Of a stretch of DNA of 64,000 nucleotides, positions 58,238 through 64,000 are shown one piece after another. Made by a program: the position numbers and the translations under genes. The stretch is from Cladosporium halotolerans. Its lineage: Eukaryota. Location: contig NW_027191465.1 of assembly GCF_011745625.1 (NCBI RefSeq), forward strand, positions 248,001-312,000. Reading direction: 5' to 3'. Each line of letters opens with the position of its first letter. Within the stretch, counting starts at the first letter, position 1. Below the pieces are notes generated by a model that worked only from the letters and a program-made list of their open reading frames with translations, searched no databases and was not told the DNA's origin.

Positions 58238-59797
58238 TTAGAGGTCCTCGTCTTCCGACGAAGAACTCCCATCAGCCACCGTTGCGCGCCTGTGCTCAAA
58301 CCCTTCTTCCTCAGGCGTATGGAGGCGCTCCCCAAAAGATGTGACCGACGCGGTGGAGCTCAGTACTTCATACACCCGATCTTCCTTCACGGGCGCCTTG
58401 CCTTCCGGCGTCTCGAACCTCGTTGGGCCTTCGTAATGCGTAACGAGAGTCGTGTGATCGAGCGAGATTTCATAGCGAGCCGTGGCCTCACTGGCCATAT
58501 CCTCGTCAAAAGAGGGGAATGTCGCCATGCCGTGCAGCCTCAGCGCGCGTTTGACGGCGGCAGCCCTCCTCTTGAAAGATTTCTGCAAGTTGAAGCGCTC
58601 GCTTTCAATGTGAGAGATCGCCGGCAGGTTTGAGGTGCTATGCGGAAGCCCCTGGACAAAGATGGCAGTGCGGCTCTGAAAGCCTCTGCGCTGGAGCTCT
58701 TCCAGCACGACCTCGCGGCTTGCGACCATATCGGCGTCAGAGGCTCCAGCAGGGTTTCTGTCCGTCGAGGCGAGACGGACATGAAGAACGCGGAGGATAT
58801 CGTTACATAGCTTCGATACATCCGCATCGTCCAATGGGAAGAAGACTTCCAGCACACTCTCGCGCAGGCCGAGGAAGGGGACAGGAACACTCCAGCTCGT
58901 GGCACCTGCGTTATCAATGCTCTCTCTCTGGCCAATCTTCAAGTGGACAAGACGCTCGGCGCACCAGTCGAACCTATGGGCGTGGGCGCATGCAGATACA
59001 ATGCTGTCGTCTGCATGATCGAAGTGTCTCCCTTGTTCTGTCGTCAATTGGGATCGGTAATTATGGTGCAACGCGTACATGAGAGCGCGGTAGGCGTCTT
59101 CGAAGGAGCTCAATATGTTCAGCAGATCGTCCTCGTCATCGGCTAAGTATGACCTCGCTCTGACAGAAGGGCTAGGCGTACGCTCATGCATGGGTCGAGT
59201 ATTGGCGGGCGTATCCGCAAAATGATGTGAGAGTGTACCACCTCTTCCATAGGAGCGAAGCTGTCGCATAAAATCCGATTGCTTCAATGATTCCGCGAAG
59301 CCAGTAGATTGCTGTGACTTTGGCCTACCCCAAGGGTAGCCTGCCCTTTTGTCCTCTTCAGAGACGTGCTCCCGGTGAAGTGATTGATTGGCAAATGGGC
59401 CTGACTTCGGCCTGCCCCAAGGATAGCCAGCCCTTTTATCCGCTTCGGAAACGTGCTCATGGTGAGGAGAACAATCAGCAAATGTGTTCGACTGCGGCCT
59501 GCCCCAAGGGTAGCCAGCGCGTTTGTCTTCTTCAGAAACGCGCTCACGACGAGAGGAGTCATCAGCGATGGATATCAGCTCGTGGCCGATATAGACATCA
59601 GGCAGAATTTCAATCATGTCTTCGACGTCGAAGTGGTGGCTCTGGATGTCGTACTTTGGAAGACCAAGCTCGGTGTCGTAGCCGCCATACACTTCGCCAG
59701 TAGTATAGTAGAGGATCTTTTGTGCCGGTCTGTACACGAAGGACGGCAGGTGCCCTCGCTTCAAAATGGAGTCGAGGAGCAAAGGGTGGGGACCCAT
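58238..59797 (-). CDS. Uncharacterised protein containing three 29-aa tandem repeats
   Basis: 519-aa intronless ORF with the repeat core EHVSE(E/A)DKRAGYPWGRP(K/Q)S. Confidence 0.75.
   Translation of the reverse strand: MGPHPLLLDSILKRGHLPSFVYRPAQKILYYTTGEVYGGYDTELGLPKYDIQSHHFDVEDMIEILPDVYIGHELISIADDSSRRERVSEEDKRAGYPWGRPQSNTFADCSPHHEHVSEADKRAGYPWGRPKSGPFANQSLHREHVSEEDKRAGYPWGRPKSQQSTGFAESLKQSDFMRQLRSYGRGGTLSHHFADTPANTRPMHERTPSPSVRARSYLADDEDDLLNILSSFEDAYRALMYALHHNYRSQLTTEQGRHFDHADDSIVSACAHAHRFDWCAERLVHLKIGQRESIDNAGATSWSVPVPFLGLRESVLEVFFPLDDADVSKLCNDILRVLHVRLASTDRNPAGASDADMVASREVVLEELQRRGFQSRTAIFVQGLPHSTSNLPAISHIESERFNLQKSFKRRAAAVKRALRLHGMATFPSFDEDMASEATARYEISLDHTTLVTHYEGPTRFETPEGKAPVKEDRVYEVLSSTASVTSFGERLHTPEEEGFEHRRATVADGSSSSEDEDL
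59315..59551 (-). repeat. 87-bp coding tandem repeat, about 2.7 copies
   Basis: Repeat units start at codons 83, 112 and 141 of the 58238..59797 ORF. Confidence 0.9.
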
Positions 59798-60142
59798 GGC
59801 TGTGATGCAAATGAGTTGACGAGTTGAGTAGGGTCGTTGATGGATGGATCAATTGGTCTGAAATTGGTATTGATTTGAGGAAAGAGAAGCCAGCGAAGGG
59901 GTGGTTTTGTATTTGGCGAAAGATACTGAGGGCTGCAGTCAACGCGCACCCCTGCTTGTCACGTTGTCCAACTGTGACATAAGCATAGCGAATATCATGT
60001 GTGAGTCGGTAAATAGAGGGGCAGGGAAGAATGGAAATGAGATCGATCCAACAGTACATAGGGTAGAGTAGGGGTATTTACAAGTAGCACATCAGCGAGA
60101 AATCAGCGCATCTTGGCTAAACCAAGCAAATGTTACGCAAAC

Positions 60143-61015
60143 CTAGTAAACGAACGGCACAAACTTGTATGGCACTGCTTGCTTGTAGTGCTCGTACTTC
60201 TCACCGTACTGCGGATTGTTAGCATCTAAGTAGTCACTGGTGTACGTTTTGGAGCTTAGACTCACCCTCTCCTCCAGGTAATGCTGCAGCACGGGGATGC
60301 CGCGGAAGTTGAAGTCGTAAACGAAGAACGAAGCAGTGACCGCGCCCCAAGTCCAGCCACCAGCGGCAATGGCATAGCCGGTGCGCCACAGAGTGTATCC
60401 GAAGTAGTTGATGTGCCTGCTTAGACCGAAGAGTCCGCCCTCGTATACCTTGCCCTTGTTCTTGGGATCTTTCTTGAACACGTGCCTCTGGATCTCAGAG
60501 CCGAATTCTAGTGCCATACCAAGAACGTACAGAGACGAGCCAACAATCAAGGGAGTCTGAGGGAAGTGCTCGCCGTTCGCAGAAGCGGAGGTTTGCGCGC
60601 AGACGAAGAACAGCGAGTTGAGGGAGTTGAAGACCGCGTTGAAGGCGCCGATCAGAAGACCGTTCGCAGGCGGCATCTGCTCCTGCATGATGGTTGCGCA
60701 GTGAATGTTCTGCTTGAGCATGCTGCCGACAGACATGCCAAAGAGGATGGATCGGTACGGGCTGAGGCCTAGAACACCGTCAAGCGGCGTATTGGTGATG
60801 AGAGCAGGGCCTTGAGGCAGCACGTTGCCGCCCAGCTTCTGGATGAGCCCCCCGCCAACTCCGTTTGCGAGGATACCATATTGCAGGAAGGGGTCGAGGC
60901 CGCGCGAGCCGATGAAGCACGCGGTCCCAGCGTAGCTAGGTTGTTTGATGCCGCGCTTGATGTTGTCTTTGGCACGCGACAGCTCGTCGTACGATTTGCC
61001 TTGAGAAGAAGCCAT
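60143..61015 (-). CDS. DUF1295 / steroid 5-alpha-reductase-like membrane protein
   Basis: Several TM segments; SEIQR..FK.DP.NKGK...GGLF.LSRHINYFG; ends YK..VPYKFVP. Likely 57-nt intron at 60209..60265. Confidence 0.87.
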   Translation of the reverse strand: MASSQGKSYDELSRAKDNIKRGIKQPSYAGTACFIGSRGLDPFLQYGILANGVGGGLIQKLGGNVLPQGPALITNTPLDGVLGLSPYRSILFGMSVGSMLKQNIHCATIMQEQMPPANGLLIGAFNAVFNSLNSLFFVCAQTSASANGEHFPQTPLIVGSSLYVLGMALEFGSEIQRHVFKKDPKNKGKVYEGGLFGLSRHINYFGYTLWRTGYAIAAGGWTWGAVTASFFVYDFNFRGIPVLQHYLEERVSLSSKTYTSDYLDANNPQYGEKYEHYKQAVPYKFVPFVY

Positions 61016-61222
61016 GATATTGAGACTAGTGAGTATAGATGCAGAAACCTAGCCTTGGGTGTAGAAGGTCAACTACAAGTGTCAGGCCGCTCACGGAGGA
61101 GGCGGGTGGTGTCAGTGCTTCGTCTTGTCTCGTGGAGCTCCCCGCCGCGCCAACGCGCCTGGGCGAGATCCGTGTTTCCGGGGAGGAGCTGACCAGTACG
61201 TCACGAGAGCTTAGGTATATAG

Positions 61223-61239
61223 CCCTAACCCTAACCCTA
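61223..61239. repeat. Short telomere-like motif (CCCTAA)2CCCTA
   Basis: ccctaaccctaacccta about 200 bp upstream of the DUF1295 start, next to a TATATA element. Confidence 0.6.
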
Positions 61240-62124
61240 TTAGCCCATCGCATCACATCGAAGGGCATCTTCGGATCTTGGAATGCACTGCATCTCTAGA
61301 AACTACTCATTGGTACTCAGGCGATATCATTACAAATGTCCACCAGAGAGTGATTCAGTCTGATGCTGTAGGGCGAAATGGCAGGGCATCGCTTAATTCT
61401 GTTGGACACAGTTACCCAGCTGCTTGCATGACACTGCGTATCGAAATTTGATTCATGTGATCGGTGCTCAAGTCTCTTAGAACCGGGAATGGGTTTTTTG
61501 ACTGGGCAAAAATTGGCATCGAGACTCCGATTTCATTGAGTCTCCCATTACGTCGATCCGCATCAATCGAATGAACGAAACCATCTACCCCAGACTAAAT
61601 GTCGATCCTTGCCATAGACCTGACAACAAGGACATGATGCCGATGGTCTTTCGACGAGCTGCAAAAGACTATAGTCCTCAAGCCCTGGAATGTACGAGAG
61701 ACAGCTTGAAGACCTTAAAAGATGACACTGCAACATTGGTAAACCCATGCCGTGCAAAGGACGTGGCACCGAGGGTTCACCACAAACATGTGCTCTAGTG
61801 TAGCATTGAGCCATTTAAATCAGAATCATTGCCTGAATGGATGAAGAAAGGCGATATGGAATATGGATATCCGAAGCGGCAGCCCGGCGGCAAGGACGAT
61901 GATACCTGTAGCTCGGAGACAGCTTCCAGACATGGGACCGCTTCCTGAGCCCGCTGCTCCTGCCTGGTATTGATGAGTTGAGTTCGTCCACCCTAATCGA
62001 TGCTATGATTTTCAACAGCAAGAGCCATGTATCCTTTAACCATCACGACTAGCCTCTAGCAAAAAATCGAAAATCCATACACAACTTATCCATTCGGCTT
62101 CTCGCAACACAGTATTCCAGCAAA

Positions 62125-62529
62125 ATGCAATTTTCCACAATTCTCCGAATGACGCTTGCCACACTCTCCATGGCGACCGCAACTTCGACGAAAGACGCCA
62201 ATGCCTTGGGGTATCATGGCATCTCTCTCTTCTTCATCACCGACATACCCAAGCACCCTTACATGCGCTCGCCGGCGCCCGTCGAGATCAACAAGTTAAC
62301 CAACGTGTCCGGCGCCTCGGCCTCGGTCGTCGCTTTCGACCAAGGCGTATCTCCCAACGTCGACAATCACAAAGTCGAATGCCGTGTTTTCAAGGACGCC
62401 CAGGGAGTGGTTCCTGCCGGCAAGCCTATCAACTACAAGACGCCGCTGTTCCTGAGCGGCAGCGAGACCGTGCCGATCTCGTCGATCTTGTGCTATGTTG
62501 TGACGGACGAGGAGGCTGCGGCGTTTTGA
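62125..62529 (+). CDS. Small secreted protein (134 aa, 2 Cys)
   Basis: MQFSTIL...ATA signal-like N-terminus, good start context (aaaATG), coding-like codon use, ECRVFKD..G and ISSILC near the C-terminus. Confidence 0.75.
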   Translation: MQFSTILRMTLATLSMATATSTKDANALGYHGISLFFITDIPKHPYMRSPAPVEINKLTNVSGASASVVAFDQGVSPNVDNHKVECRVFKDAQGVVPAGKPINYKTPLFLSGSETVPISSILCYVVTDEEAAAF

Positions 62530-62712
62530 ATGTTGAAATACGGAGCTGAGTCTCCAGTGTTACGGCCGGTGATGCGTTTGTCGAAGCGAAAGGGACTTGC
62601 TTTCTCTCGAGAAAATAGCGTTGTTTGCGCAAGATGATGATTCCAAACCTGGGCTCTGTTTACCTGAAAGACTACTTCTCACGTTGTATCGTGTACTCGT
62701 TATTCAGGATGA

Positions 62713-64000
62713 TCATCCCACGTTCCATGTTCGGCTCCAGACAAACACACTACCTCCCGCCGCCTCGTCCCAGATCGTAGCACCAACGAACCATTTCCAC
62801 CCGCGGTCACCAAGATCATGCCCGTTTCCCTCTGCGAGACTCTCCAACGCCCTCCAATCCCACACCTCGACTCTCTCAACAAACTGGCCGCCGTTCAAAG
62901 CCAGGACATCATCGACAGTCTCTTGTGTGGCTTCTACGCGTTTCGATTCGACAAGCACGATCTTCCGCAAGCCCGGAAAAGATTGTGACTCAGAGACGGT
63001 GGTAGACAGTGGAGAGTGAGAGTACGAGGCACGATCCCAGTGAGAGAGGCTCGGGATGAGGGCTACGCAGCTGTGGCTAGGGAGGAGATCCTGGGTTATG
63101 TATGGAGTGTGGCGAAGACAGGAAGTCAGGTAGATTGTTGCGTTGCTCAGAGGGCAGCTTGTTGAGCAATGCCTCGTTCTTTCGGTATGATGGATGCCCT
63201 CGACACCTGCAGCTAATAGGTTGTTGGCGTGGTTGACCCTCGTTGCGTGAGAAGGTTGCGTCACGCAAGGGCGTTTTGCGGACGGACACGGCGTGGGCTC
63301 GATGAGTCTTGACGACCTCTTTACACCAGCAGTTGAGACTCCGCTATGTGGTTGTGAATCCATTGATCGCGACTGAACACTGTTGTTCGTAACATTGGCC
63401 AAAGGCTTTCGAACCTCCGTCGAGACGGTAGGAGAAGCAACGCTGCTAGGGAGCGAGCTTCGATCTTGCAACCTTTGATGCTCAGTCCTTCTACAGGTCG
63501 AAGATTCGCCCGACGCAGGTGTAGTAGACTTATCCTTTTCGTGCTTCCGCCTGCATTTGCGCTCCAATCTCTCGATCCAACGCCTCGTCTCTTGGCTTTC
63601 AGAACCCGCCGGGGCCGCCCTCACCGCCTTCGCTTGATCTTGTAGCTCTGCAAATGAGATGCACTCCTTCCACGAGCGATCTTGGTGCAACTTTTTGACG
63701 CGCGCGTGTCGTAACATGTAGAAATCACAATTTGAGGCTTTCTGGAAACCAGCTCCAAGTACTTCGAACACAAAAGGCTTGTTGAAAATCGTATCAATCG
63801 AGGTGTTGGTCGGCCTGCTGATATCAAAATTCGCTGGCTGCTCATTTGCTTTGTAGGTAGCTGCAGATAAGGTTCCCAGGATGTTGGCGATCTGAAAGAT
63901 GGGCTTGGGTATACACGACGCTTGCTGGATGGTTCCAACTACTCTGAAGTGGGCCCTGGCGCCGAAGCGTAGCACGTCTTCCTTGTTCGTCATCGCGCCG
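62713..64000 (-). CDS. 3' part of an ATP-dependent DNA ligase-like gene (5' end beyond the right edge)
   Basis: Frame open to the window edge. OB-fold-like PFVFEVLGAGF.K.....Y.LRHARVKKLH.DRSWKECISF.EL resembles ligase motif VI (LRFPR...R.DK.W). Followed by a disordered linker and a BRCT-like C-terminal region. Confidence 0.72.
   Translation of the reverse strand, partial: GAMTNKEDVLRFGARAHFRVVGTIQQASCIPKPIFQIANILGTLSAATYKANEQPANFDISRPTNTSIDTIFNKPFVFEVLGAGFQKASNCDFYMLRHARVKKLHQDRSWKECISFAELQDQAKAVRAAPAGSESQETRRWIERLERKCRRKHEKDKSTTPASGESSTCRRTEHQRLQDRSSLPSSVASPTVSTEVRKPLANVTNNSVQSRSMDSQPHSGVSTAGVKRSSRLIEPTPCPSAKRPCVTQPSHATRVNHANNLLAAGVEGIHHTERTRHCSTSCPLSNATIYLTSCLRHTPYITQDLLPSHSCVALIPSLSHWDRASYSHSPLSTTVSESQSFPGLRKIVLVESKRVEATQETVDDVLALNGGQFVERVEVWDWRALESLAEGNGHDLGDRGWKWFVGATIWDEAAGGSVFVWSRTWNVG

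Noticed and set aside
61571..61798. 75-aa ORF
   Set aside because: Short, with no motif and no supporting splice or codon evidence.

Overview
Gene-dense euchromatic window from a filamentous ascomycete. Short GT-AG introns with CT(A/G)AC branch sites are seen throughout; a Dothideomycete-like identity is only a weak inference. About 25 protein-coding genes can be supported. Conserved genes: YANK/STK32-type kinase (partial), GDP-mannose pyrophosphorylase alpha-type subunit, ICP55, class III sirtuin, CDC23/APC8, TIM22, calcineurin A, RPL4 and a partial DNA ligase-like gene. Accessory or secreted genes: NAD(P)-binding oxidoreductase, bacterial-like SRPBCC protein, Mx/dynamin-like GTPase, CipC-like protein, P450, DUF1996 protein, AA11 LPMO, DUF3433 protein, DUF1295 protein and a small secreted protein. 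Four decayed gene remnants are also present. The best candidate for a new system is a divergently transcribed pair: a PanE/ApbA-family 2-keto-acid reductase and an A-T-TE NRPS-like enzyme whose thioesterase has Cys in place of the nucleophilic Ser and apparently lacks the catalytic His. Other notable signals are an unusually long, strongly self-complementary intron (introner-like element or structured-RNA candidate) and a protein with three KR-flanked AGYPWGRP repeats. No rRNA, tRNA, CRISPR array or intact transposon was recognised. All family assignments come from motif recognition by eye, not from database searches.
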